The notes: a model not told the origin generated them from the letters alone. 53,253 nt of DNA from a virus (IMGVR_UViG_3300042292_000140:1-53253), one strand, 5' to 3'. Numbered from the stretch's first letter, positions 27,336 through 36,500 are shown. Translations and numbers: made by a program.

Positions 27336-29294
27336 TTACCCCGTAATTGCCCAACCACGCAATGTGGCTTGTGATGTATTGAGTATTCTAAATGCAAGCG
27401 TAGATGCCACTGCTGTTGTCGCGGCTGGTCTATCTAAAACAACAGATACGTTGGTGTTAATCGTTACAATTTTTGCATTGTATTTTAGCGTACCAGAGCC
27501 ATCCGTTGTTAATGTTAATGCAGAACCCCCAGACGTGGCCGACACTTGGAATGTATTGGTGGTTGCACTGATTACATAATAGATTGTATTGATTACAATC
27601 CCTGTTGTTGTCGTAATAACAGAGAACGACACCATACCACCATTAGATAAACCATGACTTGCAAGCGTTACTGTATCGCCTGCATCTTGAAATGTTACCG
27701 ACGCGCCTGTGGTAATTCCTGTACCTGTGCCGCTAACCGACATTCCCGTTGATAGTCCTGCGGTGCTTGCCATTGTAATTGTAGTAGACTGCGCTGCGGT
27801 TGTGCCTGTTAAGCTGACTGCTGTATCTGCGCCTGGATTTGTTGTAATTGTTAGTGTTTGAGATGTACCAATACCTAAGTTTGAAAACAGTAACTCTAAA
27901 GATGTTTTTGATAGCTTTAGTGCTGTGACAGAAAATGTAAATCTAAACCCTGTCATTGCTATTTTGCTTAGATTTACACATGTTGCAAACATACTGGCTA
28001 AACTAGCAGACGATGGTGCTGATGCCGTATTCAATGCTGGTAAGGATGTTAAACTTGAACAACCGTTAAACATAGTACTCATATTAGTAACTAATGCTGT
28101 ATTAAATAAAGGTACCGTTGTTAATGATGTGCAAACAGAAAACATACTACCCATATTAGTAACAGCGGCTGTGTTAAATAGCGGTACTGTTGTTAATGCT
28201 ATACAACTACTAAACATACTAGACATACTACCAGTAACAGCCGCTGTATTAAGTAACGGCACAGTCGTTAATGAAGAACAACTAGCAAACATATTATTCA
28301 TAGCAGTAACAGCCGCTGTATTAAATAAAGGTACCGTTGTTAATGATGTGCAACCAGAAAACATACTAGTCATGCCAGTAGCTGATGCTGTATTAAATAA
28401 AGGTACTGTTGTTAATGATGCACAACCAGAAAACATACTAGCCATGCCAGTAGCTGATGCTGTATTAAATAAAGGTACAGTCGTTAATGATGCACAACCA
28501 GAAAACATACTAGTCATGCCAGTAGCTGATGCTGTATTAAATAAAGGTACAGTTGATAATGCAGAGCATCCAGAAAACATACTATCCATAGCAGTAACAG
28601 CCGCAGTATTAAACAGCGGAACTGATGTTAAATTTCTGCAAGCGTTGAACATATTAGTTGTATTTGTAACGTTACTTGAAGACGACGATATACTAACATC
28701 TCTTAAGTTTACGCAACCATTGAACATATATGCATAACTCGTTAAACTTGCTGAATGCTGTCCAACCGTAGCGGATTCCAGTAGTCGGTGTACTACAGTG
28801 TTTGTTGACCCTGCTATCGTAATTGTAGTTAAAAATGCACCATTAAATGCTATATCAAGCCAAGAAGAATCATACGCAGATAATCCAGCAAACCCTGTAC
28901 TTGCGTTGTTTTTTACGTTTAGGTTTACAGTTATTAAATTAGTCGTTGTTGCTGTTACCGTTACAATAACTTGTTTATACGTTAATCCATTATGTGTAAT
29001 TGGACTACCCGAAACGCTTGCATAATCGTATAGATAATTAGCTTGTGCATTTGATGCTAGCGCGACAGTAGACGACCCATCCCCCCAATCAACGGTGTAA
29101 GTTCCACCACCAGATGCCGCGCCAATTAGCGCAATATAATTAGATTCTTCAAAAATAGCATACAAACCAACAAACTTTTGTTGCCCTGTAATATCGGGAA
29201 GTGTAGTCCAGTTAGGATCACGAACCCAAGGTGTTGGCTGATTACCAAGATTCTTTTTACTCGCCAGCTTTGAGCTTATTCTACCGGCAGACAT
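27336..29294 (-). CDS. Virion adhesin/fibre with BspA/DUF285-type 24-aa leucine-rich repeats
   Basis: About 10 copies of (S/T)VPLFNTA.(V/A)T.M.SMFSGC.SL; N-terminal TVDWGDG (PKD-like). Confidence 0.8.
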   Translation of the reverse strand: MSAGRISSKLASKKNLGNQPTPWVRDPNWTTLPDITGQQKFVGLYAIFEESNYIALIGAASGGGTYTVDWGDGSSTVALASNAQANYLYDYASVSGSPITHNGLTYKQVIVTVTATTTNLITVNLNVKNNASTGFAGLSAYDSSWLDIAFNGAFLTTITIAGSTNTVVHRLLESATVGQHSASLTSYAYMFNGCVNLRDVSISSSSSNVTNTTNMFNACRNLTSVPLFNTAAVTAMDSMFSGCSALSTVPLFNTASATGMTSMFSGCASLTTVPLFNTASATGMASMFSGCASLTTVPLFNTASATGMTSMFSGCTSLTTVPLFNTAAVTAMNNMFASCSSLTTVPLLNTAAVTGSMSSMFSSCIALTTVPLFNTAAVTNMGSMFSVCTSLTTVPLFNTALVTNMSTMFNGCSSLTSLPALNTASAPSSASLASMFATCVNLSKIAMTGFRFTFSVTALKLSKTSLELLFSNLGIGTSQTLTITTNPGADTAVSLTGTTAAQSTTITMASTAGLSTGMSVSGTGTGITTGASVTFQDAGDTVTLASHGLSNGGMVSFSVITTTTGIVINTIYYVISATTNTFQVSATSGGSALTLTTDGSGTLKYNAKIVTINTNVSVVLDRPAATTAVASTLAFRILNTSQATLRGWAITG

Positions 29295-29620
29295 TAGGTT
29301 AACTCCGAACCGTATAATGAAAATGTCACGTTAGCACTACCAGCATACACAGTTACTACGTCAGTTGTTCCTAGTGTAATACCCAACGTAAAAAACACCG
29401 CGTCATATTGGTTAACTGGAGCATCGTAAATAATATAATGCTGATTTGCTAAAGATGCGCCAGCCGGTCTGACTGCCACCCTAAATGTCGTGCTTGCACC
29501 GAGAGCTGTAATAATAAGCGTACTGCACACAGCAGACGTTGCAGAAGGTACGGTATAGAGCGTTGTCGCTGTTGTAGCCGCTGGATTAGATTGTCCTAAG
29601 ACTTTATATGTTGTTGCCAT
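29294..29620 (-). CDS. Small virion beta-protein
   Basis: YKVLGQSNP.AT..T.LYTVP...GITL...DV..VY...FSLYGSE pattern common next to fibre genes. Confidence 0.65.
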   Translation of the reverse strand: MATTYKVLGQSNPAATTATTLYTVPSATSAVCSTLIITALGASTTFRVAVRPAGASLANQHYIIYDAPVNQYDAVFFTLGITLGTTDVVTVYAGSANVTFSLYGSELT

Positions 29621-31408
29621 TTATGCACCCATTAAAAGGAAAGTTTGTTCAAAACCAGTAGTACCACCCCCACCACCGCCTGTAGAATTAACAGTTTGGT
29701 TAGGCCATGTGCCGCTGATGGTTACGTTAGTGCCAGCGACAAGTGAAGGTGTTGTTGTTCCAGTTCCACCGTTAGCGACAGCAACAATGCCTGTTACGTT
29801 ACCCGCAGTGCCTGTAGTGCTTTGATTAAGCGTTGGGAAATCTGCCGCAACAGCAATCGTTAATGCACCTGTCGATGTTGTGCTTTTTAAAATACCTGTT
29901 GCTAACGCTGACGTACCTGCGCTGAAATCAGTTCCAGCGGTAGCAGCAACTAATGCGCTGGCACTTCCTTTTAACATTCCAGAAATACTAGTTGTCAGCG
30001 TTATAGCTGGTGTTGTTGTTGCATCTGCTACCGTACCAGCAAAACCATTAGCACTAACAACTGAAACCGTTGTCACAGATCCTCCACCAGAACCAGCACC
30101 AATAGCTGTTCTAAAATCAGCGGCATTTAAAGCACTGACCGTGTTATCTGCGTTAAATCTTGGAAAGGTAATTGCACTTGGATTGGTAAGCGTAAACATG
30201 CTTTGACCAACAGTTGTACCACCCAGCGATGTTCTGCCTGTAGCGGAAACTAAGTTTGTACTGCCGCCATTCCATTGCTGTGTTTGTGTGTAAGCTGTTG
30301 TCCAATTCGTTTGATTCGCTGTTGTTGGAATTGAATAACCAGATGCAAAGGTTAACGTTAAAGTTCCAGACGTTGTGATTGGATTTCCAGAAATAGCAAG
30401 TCCAGTCGGTACGGTCATATCTACACTAGTTACAGTGCCAGATCCACCACCACCGGTTGCATTAACAGTTTGATTAGGCCATGTACCGCTAATGGTTACA
30501 TTGGCTCCCTCAACAAGTGAAGGTGTTGTTGTTCCAGTTCCACCATTAACAACAGGCAATGGTGTTCCCGACAAACTAACAGCAAGCGTACCCGCACCTA
30601 TTATTGGTGATCCTGTTACAGATAAAAAACTTGGAACCGTCATTGCAACACTAGTTACAGTTCCAGCAGTTCCCCAAGTTGGCGCAGACGTGCCACCAGA
30701 AATCAAAACTTGTCCAGCGGTGCCAGCAGGTCCAACATAAAGACCGTCAGCACCAGACCAAATTATTGCTCCTGCATTTGGCACAATGCTTTTTGCAGTG
30801 CCACCGTGACTTAAGCCAAGAATATTTTCAACTTCATTCGCACTCGATAAATCCACTTGCGGATGCTTGTGATCTGATCGTGACATAGATGTGGCAACAC
30901 CAGCGGATCCTGTTGTTAATCCCGCTAAAGGTAAACTATCGGATAAATCAGCGGCAAGCGTCACATTTGCGTTTAGCGGTCCACCGCCAGTTAAACCAGT
31001 GCCAGCAATCACTTGACGTGTGGTAGGAACATAGCCAGAAATGGTTGCGGCAATCGTTGATGCGGCTGTTACGCGACCAGTTGAATCTACGGTAAAAACA
31101 GGAATATTTGTGGCATCACCGTAAGATCCAGCAGTAACGCCTGTGGCACTTAGCTGTGTGCTAGTGATACCACCATTTGCTACACTAAGCGTTACATTGC
31201 TAGAAAGTTGACCACCACCCGTTAAACTGGTGCCAGCGATAACTTGCCGTGTTGTAGGAACACCAGCAACACTCAAAAGATCTCCAACTCTAATTTGATA
31301 ATTGTTGCCGTTGTAGACAATCATCATCAAACTATCCTCTGATGCAACAGGTGCTAGTGGTAGCTGCGTTATCCGTGTGGGAATTAAATTACTTGGTACG
31401 TCAGACAT
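29621..31408 (-). CDS. Tail fibre protein with internal repeats
   Basis: PTTRQVIAGT.LTGGG twice, GTVTSV modules, TGTTTPSLV.G.NVTISGTWPNQTVN twice. Confidence 0.75.
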   Translation of the reverse strand: MSDVPSNLIPTRITQLPLAPVASEDSLMMIVYNGNNYQIRVGDLLSVAGVPTTRQVIAGTSLTGGGQLSSNVTLSVANGGITSTQLSATGVTAGSYGDATNIPVFTVDSTGRVTAASTIAATISGYVPTTRQVIAGTGLTGGGPLNANVTLAADLSDSLPLAGLTTGSAGVATSMSRSDHKHPQVDLSSANEVENILGLSHGGTAKSIVPNAGAIIWSGADGLYVGPAGTAGQVLISGGTSAPTWGTAGTVTSVAMTVPSFLSVTGSPIIGAGTLAVSLSGTPLPVVNGGTGTTTPSLVEGANVTISGTWPNQTVNATGGGGSGTVTSVDMTVPTGLAISGNPITTSGTLTLTFASGYSIPTTANQTNWTTAYTQTQQWNGGSTNLVSATGRTSLGGTTVGQSMFTLTNPSAITFPRFNADNTVSALNAADFRTAIGAGSGGGSVTTVSVVSANGFAGTVADATTTPAITLTTSISGMLKGSASALVAATAGTDFSAGTSALATGILKSTTSTGALTIAVAADFPTLNQSTTGTAGNVTGIVAVANGGTGTTTPSLVAGTNVTISGTWPNQTVNSTGGGGGGTTGFEQTFLLMGA

Positions 31409-31411
31409 TCT

Positions 31412-31714
31412 TTACATCTCCAGATAAGAATTACCGTCTTCGGTAATGAAAAATTCGTCGCCAGCCTCTTGGATTACACCAGCAGGATGCGTGTTAAGTG
31501 AAACGTCTGGTCGATTAAATGGCAACACAATTTGATCTGGCGGTCTTGGTGCAAGACGATAAGGATCGTATTCGTCGGTATCTTCTTTGCACACCATTAA
31601 GTTTGGGTAATTAGGATCAGGATGCAATTCAGCTAATTTGAATTTACGCGAACATCTGGCACATATTCCAATGCCAAGTGTAGGTTCTCCTGTTGTGTCT
31701 AAATAAATGCTCAT
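31412..31714 (-). CDS. Hypothetical CxxC-containing head-tail region protein
   Basis: GICARCSRKF...L.VC...D..DP.RL...RPD. Confidence 0.65.
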   Translation of the reverse strand: MSIYLDTTGEPTLGIGICARCSRKFKLAELHPDPNYPNLMVCKEDTDEYDPYRLAPRPPDQIVLPFNRPDVSLNTHPAGVIQEAGDEFFITEDGNSYLEM

Positions 31715-32691
31715 TTTGTGTAACAGCCAATGCCAGGATTAATTTTTGTTGGACTACCATCATTGTCACCATCCCATGCACGTTGAAGTGATATATTTGC
31801 TTTTTGTTCAAGCACTGGAATTAAATTAGCATCAACTGCTGGTGTTTCTGCCGCCATTCTTGCAGCAAGACCATTTACAATAGCCTCAAGCCAACGCTGA
31901 GGCACCTCTACTTCTTGTTGAAGGTTTGTGGTGTCCATAATCTGTCTTTGTCGCCAAAGTATCAACTGCGCCTGCTCTGCTGAAAGAAATGGTGCTGGCC
32001 AGATATTGACCACTGGACTTGGCAGATCACGTTGAAACCAATAAGAGTTTGGGCGAGATGAGAAAACTTTGTTGCTTTGATTGACGTAATCGTCGCGGTT
32101 TAGCAAACCAAGTGGAATCTCTTGTGGCATATTGCCAAGCGTAATGACGTAATAACTCATTGGACTGGTTGACGTTATTCTAAAATAACTATACGCCTTA
32201 GCCGCAGAAATATCAGTCCAAACAATATCACCAGCAACAGCCGTGACATTAGATGATCCAACGGTTATCCATGTTGATCCGTTATCACTGACTTGAAACG
32301 TAACCGCAACCGAATTTGCTGACCAGTTGATACCCACAGTGGTGACGACAGTCTGTGATGTAAAATCAACTCTATAACTGGTGGATGTGATAGTTTCTGC
32401 GCCTGACAATAACTGCAAGACACGATAATTTAAATTTAGTACATCAACGGTGCCAATTGGAAGTGTCACAATTGGCTGATTTTCGTACATTGGAAGGATG
32501 ACCTTCTCAATGCACCAGCTCGGTGGTTTGATGTTTGCTAGTTCAGACAAGAAAAGATACAGCGAATCCAAAGCATAATCCTGCATCTCAGCAGTAATCG
32601 CCTGCGCTGTTAATCGGCAACGTCTAAAGGCGTGATCCACTACCTTCAGAGCGTTAAATGTTGTATTAGAAATGCTGTCAGAATATGCCAT
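31711..32691 (-). CDS. Head-tail adaptor/connector with inserted beta domain
   Basis: AF.RC, L.L...ELAN, RP..YWFQR......IWP.P, VPQRWLEAIV.GLA. Confidence 0.6.
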   Translation of the reverse strand: MAYSDSISNTTFNALKVVDHAFRRCRLTAQAITAEMQDYALDSLYLFLSELANIKPPSWCIEKVILPMYENQPIVTLPIGTVDVLNLNYRVLQLLSGAETITSTSYRVDFTSQTVVTTVGINWSANSVAVTFQVSDNGSTWITVGSSNVTAVAGDIVWTDISAAKAYSYFRITSTSPMSYYVITLGNMPQEIPLGLLNRDDYVNQSNKVFSSRPNSYWFQRDLPSPVVNIWPAPFLSAEQAQLILWRQRQIMDTTNLQQEVEVPQRWLEAIVNGLAARMAAETPAVDANLIPVLEQKANISLQRAWDGDNDGSPTKINPGIGCYTK

Positions 32692-32748
32692 CGTAACCTC
32701 AGTTTAAAAGTCTTGACGGCATACTGATACAGTTGCCCGTGTTATCCA

Positions 32749-32778
32749 ATTATAATTGAATAGTCGGTGTAAAATCTA
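32749..32778 (-). promoter_or_regulatory. Sigma70-like promoter upstream of the adaptor gene
   Basis: Minus strand TAGATT-18nt-TATAAT. Confidence 0.45.
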
Positions 32779-33304
32779 TTTTTTCTTCATTGCTCTGCGA
32801 CCTTCAGACAATGCAATCGCTAACGCTTGCTTTGAATTAGTCACGTCCGGTCCTTTTTTACTTCCAGAATGCAAATCGCCATCTTTAAACTCGTTCATCA
32901 TCGCCATCTTTAAACTCGTTCATCACTTTGCCAACTTTAGCTTCTGAAATTTTACCGCCATTTTTCATGGCAATTAAAGGCGATTGTGATGCCACAGGAA
33001 CTGACTTGCGAACAGGAATTTTTCCTTTCATCATTTCCTGGCGTTGCTCGCGTGGTGATTCACGTTTCTCATGTTGCATCATTGCTTTTTTGCTGGCGTA
33101 CTTTTCACCAGTAGCTTTTTCAACTACCTTTCCTCCTTCTGCTTTGCACATTTTAGGAGCTACTTTGCCACCTTTTGCTTTGCACATAGTAGATGATGAT
33201 GCTTTCTTAGCGGTGCCGCCTTCTTTATATCCACACGCACCGCCTTTGCTGTAATGCATTTGCGGTCCAAACTCAAACTCACCGTATTTTAATGTTGCGC
33301 CCAT
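32776..33304 (-). pseudogene. Basic xKxGG-repeat protein with DUF6496-like C-terminus, frameshifted by a 25-bp duplication
   Basis: Removing one repeat copy joins ...KVGKVMNEFKDGD to LHSGSKKGPDVTNSKQALAIALSEGRRAMKKK* (TAG at 32776). Confidence 0.7.
32876..32925. repeat. Exact 25-bp tandem duplication
   Basis: TCGCCATCTTTAAACTCGTTCATCA at 32876-32900 and 32901-32925. Confidence 0.95.
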
Positions 33305-33318
33305 GATCGTATCCTCTG

Positions 33319-33729
33319 TTATGCAGATGCATAAGTTTTAATGCCTTCAATGACAATTGTGTACATATCACCGGCAGACATATCTGCTGTTGTGAATAAC
33401 ACGTTACCGTTAACACCTGTTCCACCATTGTTTTGCAAACCACCAAAACTTGAGAAATCCATAAAATAATTGGTATTTTGCGGAATCAGCCATGCAAATA
33501 CATCGGTTGTTGCGTCCCATAAAATACGGACTTCCATGCCATGTGTGGTTGACCAAATTTTATTAATCTTAACACCATTACATGCGCGACCATAAGCGTT
33601 CACGCTAAGTGTTGATGGATTAATTTTGACAACAGCAGTTTCACCTGTGCCGTCAGAGATATTTGTAAACTTGCCAATAAACAATCGTTCACCGTCAAGC
33701 AATGTTTGTGATGCTACTACGTCAGCCAT
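33319..33729 (-). CDS. Virion structural protein (head-associated)
   Basis: MAD.V.SQT..DG.R....KFTN.SDGTGE..V.K...DFS.FGG..N pattern; follows the capsid genes. Confidence 0.6.
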   Translation of the reverse strand: MADVVASQTLLDGERLFIGKFTNISDGTGETAVVKINPSTLSVNAYGRACNGVKINKIWSTTHGMEVRILWDATTDVFAWLIPQNTNYFMDFSSFGGLQNNGGTGVNGNVLFTTADMSAGDMYTIVIEGIKTYASA

Positions 33730-33750
33730 GATGCTCCCCTGTTGATTGAA

Positions 33751-33772
33751 ATGAGGCGAATTAACGCCTCAT
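33751..33772 (-). terminator. Hairpin, possible terminator
   Basis: ATGAGGCG-AATTAA-CGCCTCAT perfect inverted repeat; short U tail. Confidence 0.45.
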
Positions 33773-33776
33773 CAAA

Positions 33777-34229
33777 TTAGCTTGCTTGTGTAAATGTCAC
33801 ACCAGCCGCAACCGCGCAAAACGCTTTTGCAAACCACGATGTACCATCACTGATCACAGTAACTTGATCGCCAGCAACAGCTTGTGCATCAACAAAAGAA
33901 ATGGTGTCATCAGCAGTACCGGTATCACCAGCAACGCCAGCAGCGTTAACAGCTTGACCTTTGATAATGTTAGCACTTGATGCAGTAACGATGGTGTAGC
34001 TTGCGCCAGAAGGAGCAGCAGTAACAATAAATGTGTAATTTAAACCAGCCGCAGGTGCAGGAAGTGTAGTTACAAATTCTGTTGCAGAGTTTAAAAAGAA
34101 AGTTGTACCACTTTGTGCGGTAGTCAATGTTGATGCTGCTGTTAATGTTGTAACTGTTTCTAAGCCAGTAATTGCACCAATAAATCCGTTAGTAGATGTT
34201 ACTGGTCCAGAAAATGTAGTTGAAGCCAT
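33777..34229 (-). CDS. Virion structural protein (head fibre/decoration-like)
   Basis: MA.TTFSGPV.S.NGF N-terminus and TLPAPAAGLNYTF; directly after the major capsid gene. Confidence 0.6.
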   Translation of the reverse strand: MASTTFSGPVTSTNGFIGAITGLETVTTLTAASTLTTAQSGTTFFLNSATEFVTTLPAPAAGLNYTFIVTAAPSGASYTIVTASSANIIKGQAVNAAGVAGDTGTADDTISFVDAQAVAGDQVTVISDGTSWFAKAFCAVAAGVTFTQAS

Positions 34230-34241
34230 GATGTATTCCTC

Positions 34242-34298
34242 ACATGCGAGTTGTGGATATGTGTCTGCATGTCGTCAGCCGGAACTGTCAGCATATCC
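34242..34298 (-). ncRNA. Putative pseudoknotted cis-regulatory RNA in a 5' UTR
   Basis: Crossing pairings GGATATG/CATATCC and ACATGC/GCATGT, plus a CAGU-UCCG-GCUG hairpin, adjacent to the GAGGA SD. Confidence 0.5.
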
Positions 34299-34313
34299 TA
34301 TTGTTTTCCGGGA

Positions 34314-34340
34314 ATAAAGAAAGGGAGCCGAAACTCCCTT
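34314..34340 (-). terminator. Intrinsic terminator after the major capsid gene
   Basis: Minus strand AAGGGAGT-TTCG-GCTCCCTT followed by TCTTTATT. Confidence 0.8.
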
Positions 34341-34347
34341 CCGTCAA

Positions 34348-35262
34348 TTAAACGCCAGCCGTTCCAAAAATTCCTCTTGGATCAGTCCATCCGAGCGTGT
34401 ATCTCTCTGTCGCTTTGTAGCGCATTGAGTCTGTTTCAAAGTCACCTTCCATAGATTTCTCTAATGGGCGACGCATTAACAGTTTCAAACCTTCAGGTGC
34501 ATCAGTTTGAATCCACCATGCAGTGGTCGAAGTGATACGAGATAAGTTAGCTTGACCGTCACCTAGTAAACCTAAAGATTTAACAGGGTTGATGTCGTTG
34601 TCAGCAGTACCAGCACGCAAAACTGATTTTAATAACACTTCAGCTTGGAATACGTTGCTTGGACCGGTAACGATTTGTTTTGGTGTTAAGCGAATACGTT
34701 TGCCGTTGTTGTCAACAGCGTTGCGGATTTGAATTAACAACTGTTCTAATGATGTTTGTGATAATGCAGCGGCAGTAGTTAACTGATTGCTGAATGTACC
34801 AGAAACAATTGGATGGTTTGTTGCAATCAAAGATACACCGTCACCACCAGTATATGAGCCGTTGAAAGCACGGTTCAAAATGTTAGCCGCTAATGTTTCT
34901 TTTGTTTCAACCAAAGATTGCGCCAAGTGTTTAGCGTATGTTTGACCAATACGGATATGATCACCGTCTTCAACCAATACTTTGGTTAATGCAAACGCAA
35001 GACCGTAAACTTTGTACAAGTAACGTTGTAAGAACAACACACCACCTGATTGATAAGTAACAGCCATACCATCAGGTAATTCAGGTGCTGCGCCAAATCC
35101 ATAAAGAACTGGTTCTTCGTGATAGTTACGCGCAATACCTTTTTGCTCGGTGAAAACCTGTTTCCATTCATCAGCACGTTGATCGTAAACACCATCAAAT
35201 ACTTCATTTAGGATTGGTTCTACTACGGATCTAAAGTCCGTACTTCTCATAGGAGTAGCCAT
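34348..35262 (-). CDS. Major capsid protein (HK97 fold, Mu gpT-like family)
   Basis: 304 aa; L.EVF...Y, TKE..AAN.LN.AF, GGDGV.L....HP, ND.NP, DFETDSMRYKATERY..GW.DPRG.FG..G; biased codon use and a downstream terminator. Confidence 0.85.
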   Translation of the reverse strand: MATPMRSTDFRSVVEPILNEVFDGVYDQRADEWKQVFTEQKGIARNYHEEPVLYGFGAAPELPDGMAVTYQSGGVLFLQRYLYKVYGLAFALTKVLVEDGDHIRIGQTYAKHLAQSLVETKETLAANILNRAFNGSYTGGDGVSLIATNHPIVSGTFSNQLTTAAALSQTSLEQLLIQIRNAVDNNGKRIRLTPKQIVTGPSNVFQAEVLLKSVLRAGTADNDINPVKSLGLLGDGQANLSRITSTTAWWIQTDAPEGLKLLMRRPLEKSMEGDFETDSMRYKATERYTLGWTDPRGIFGTAGV

Positions 35263-35274
35263 TTATAATCTCCT

Positions 35275-35874
35275 TTAGCTTACTGTGTTAACAGGTGCTT
35301 TGTATTGTGATTCGTTCAAGCGAACGCTCATGTTTACAAATGCATCAGTTGGTGAATCGGTAACAAGATAAGCATAACCGGTGATTTGGAATTGGCCGGA
35401 TGTAGCTGATTCTGCCGCTAAATAAGTTGAGCTGATACCTGTTGCAGTTGAACCACCTGCTGTTGGTCGCCAGTCGCATTCTGCACCCACAGCAGTTTGT
35501 ACTGAATCAGTACCTGCTGTTCCTGGGTTTGCAAATTGAACATCATAAATGGTTTCTGGATCATCATAAACCCAAGCAACAATTTGTGTGCCAGTAGTAC
35601 CACCAGTCCAAAATGGAGCAATGGTTGGTTTACCAGTTGAATCATAATATTCAACACCAGCAAAAATACCAAGTAATGAAATGCCGTCAGTAGTTCCTGT
35701 GCGTGTGCCGTCAGAAGTACCAAGTTGAATTGTACCAGCGGTGACTAATTTAACTGGATCACCAGAGTAAATAGACGCAGCGTAAGTGCTTGCGATTGTA
35801 TAGGCTTTTGGACGCATCTGACCACTGTTGTGGAAAGCAGGTCTAAAGCCATAAGGTGCGCTTGTTGTAGACAT
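35275..35874 (-). CDS. Capsid auxiliary/decoration protein
   Basis: APYGFRP...I.SGDPV...GIF.GVEY.D...V.DDP..I; immediately upstream of the capsid gene. Confidence 0.6.
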   Translation of the reverse strand: MSTTSAPYGFRPAFHNSGQMRPKAYTIASTYAASIYSGDPVKLVTAGTIQLGTSDGTRTGTTDGISLLGIFAGVEYYDSTGKPTIAPFWTGGTTGTQIVAWVYDDPETIYDVQFANPGTAGTDSVQTAVGAECDWRPTAGGSTATGISSTYLAAESATSGQFQITGYAYLVTDSPTDAFVNMSVRLNESQYKAPVNTVS

Positions 35875-35898
35875 AATAGCTCCTAGAAATTAGATTGG

Positions 35899-36441
35899 TT
35901 AGAGGTCAAAAAGAGCCTCTCTATCATCGCCTAACTCCAAATTACCTTCACCAATAGACAAACGTGATTTTGATGCTTTTGCGGTTTGCTCTAAAAACTC
36001 TGCGGTGTCCGTAAGTTTTTCTTCTTCACGGAGTGGCGCATCGTGATGAGCTTCTTTCATATACTTAAAGTACAATGAGTTTGGCAATTTGAATGCAAGC
36101 ATCTCATTCACACCAATAAATCCTGTCCAGTCGCCTGTTTTAAGTGTGGCATATTCCCAGCCAGGAATATCTTCTGGCTTAATTGCTTCATAACCTAAAC
36201 GCATGCGCGTGTGGATTGAATCTCTTGGATTCGTCGTTGTTAGCCAGCAGGTGTGCCAGCCATCGATACTGGGTAAATCCGGTAAAGACGAATTAAAAAA
36301 TTGTTGACGGAACATTTCTACTCGCTCATCGTCTGTGACTTCCCGATTTTCTTCTATGGCTCGATCTTTCATCGTGCGACTTGTCCGAATATCGTTTCCA
36401 GCGGGTTTGTTTGATCTAATGCGTTCGTCTGTTGTTGTCAT
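35899..36441 (-). CDS. Conserved head-module protein
   Basis: LP..P...GWH.CWL...R.RLGYE..K pattern; lies between scaffold and capsid. Confidence 0.6.
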   Translation of the reverse strand: MTTTDERIRSNKPAGNDIRTSRTMKDRAIEENREVTDDERVEMFRQQFFNSSLPDLPSIDGWHTCWLTTTNPRDSIHTRMRLGYEAIKPEDIPGWEYATLKTGDWTGFIGVNEMLAFKLPNSLYFKYMKEAHHDAPLREEEKLTDTAEFLEQTAKASKSRLSIGEGNLELGDDREALFDL

Positions 36442-36470
36442 ATGACTCGCTCCTTTCAGCGGTTGTGTAA

Positions 36471-36500
36471 ATTATATAGTAAAAAATTTTTAAAAATCAA
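36471..36500 (-). promoter_or_regulatory. Sigma70-like promoter upstream of the capsid cluster
   Basis: Minus strand TTGATT-18nt-TATAAT. Confidence 0.5.

Noticed and set aside
27925-28737. 270-aa plus-strand repeat ORF
   Set aside because: It is the shadow of the DUF285-type repeats; the minus frame matches a known repeat type.
25218-31408. Diversity-generating retroelement acting on the fibres
   Set aside because: No reverse transcriptase ORF and no TR/VR pair with adenine-specific differences was seen; the repeats are intragenic.
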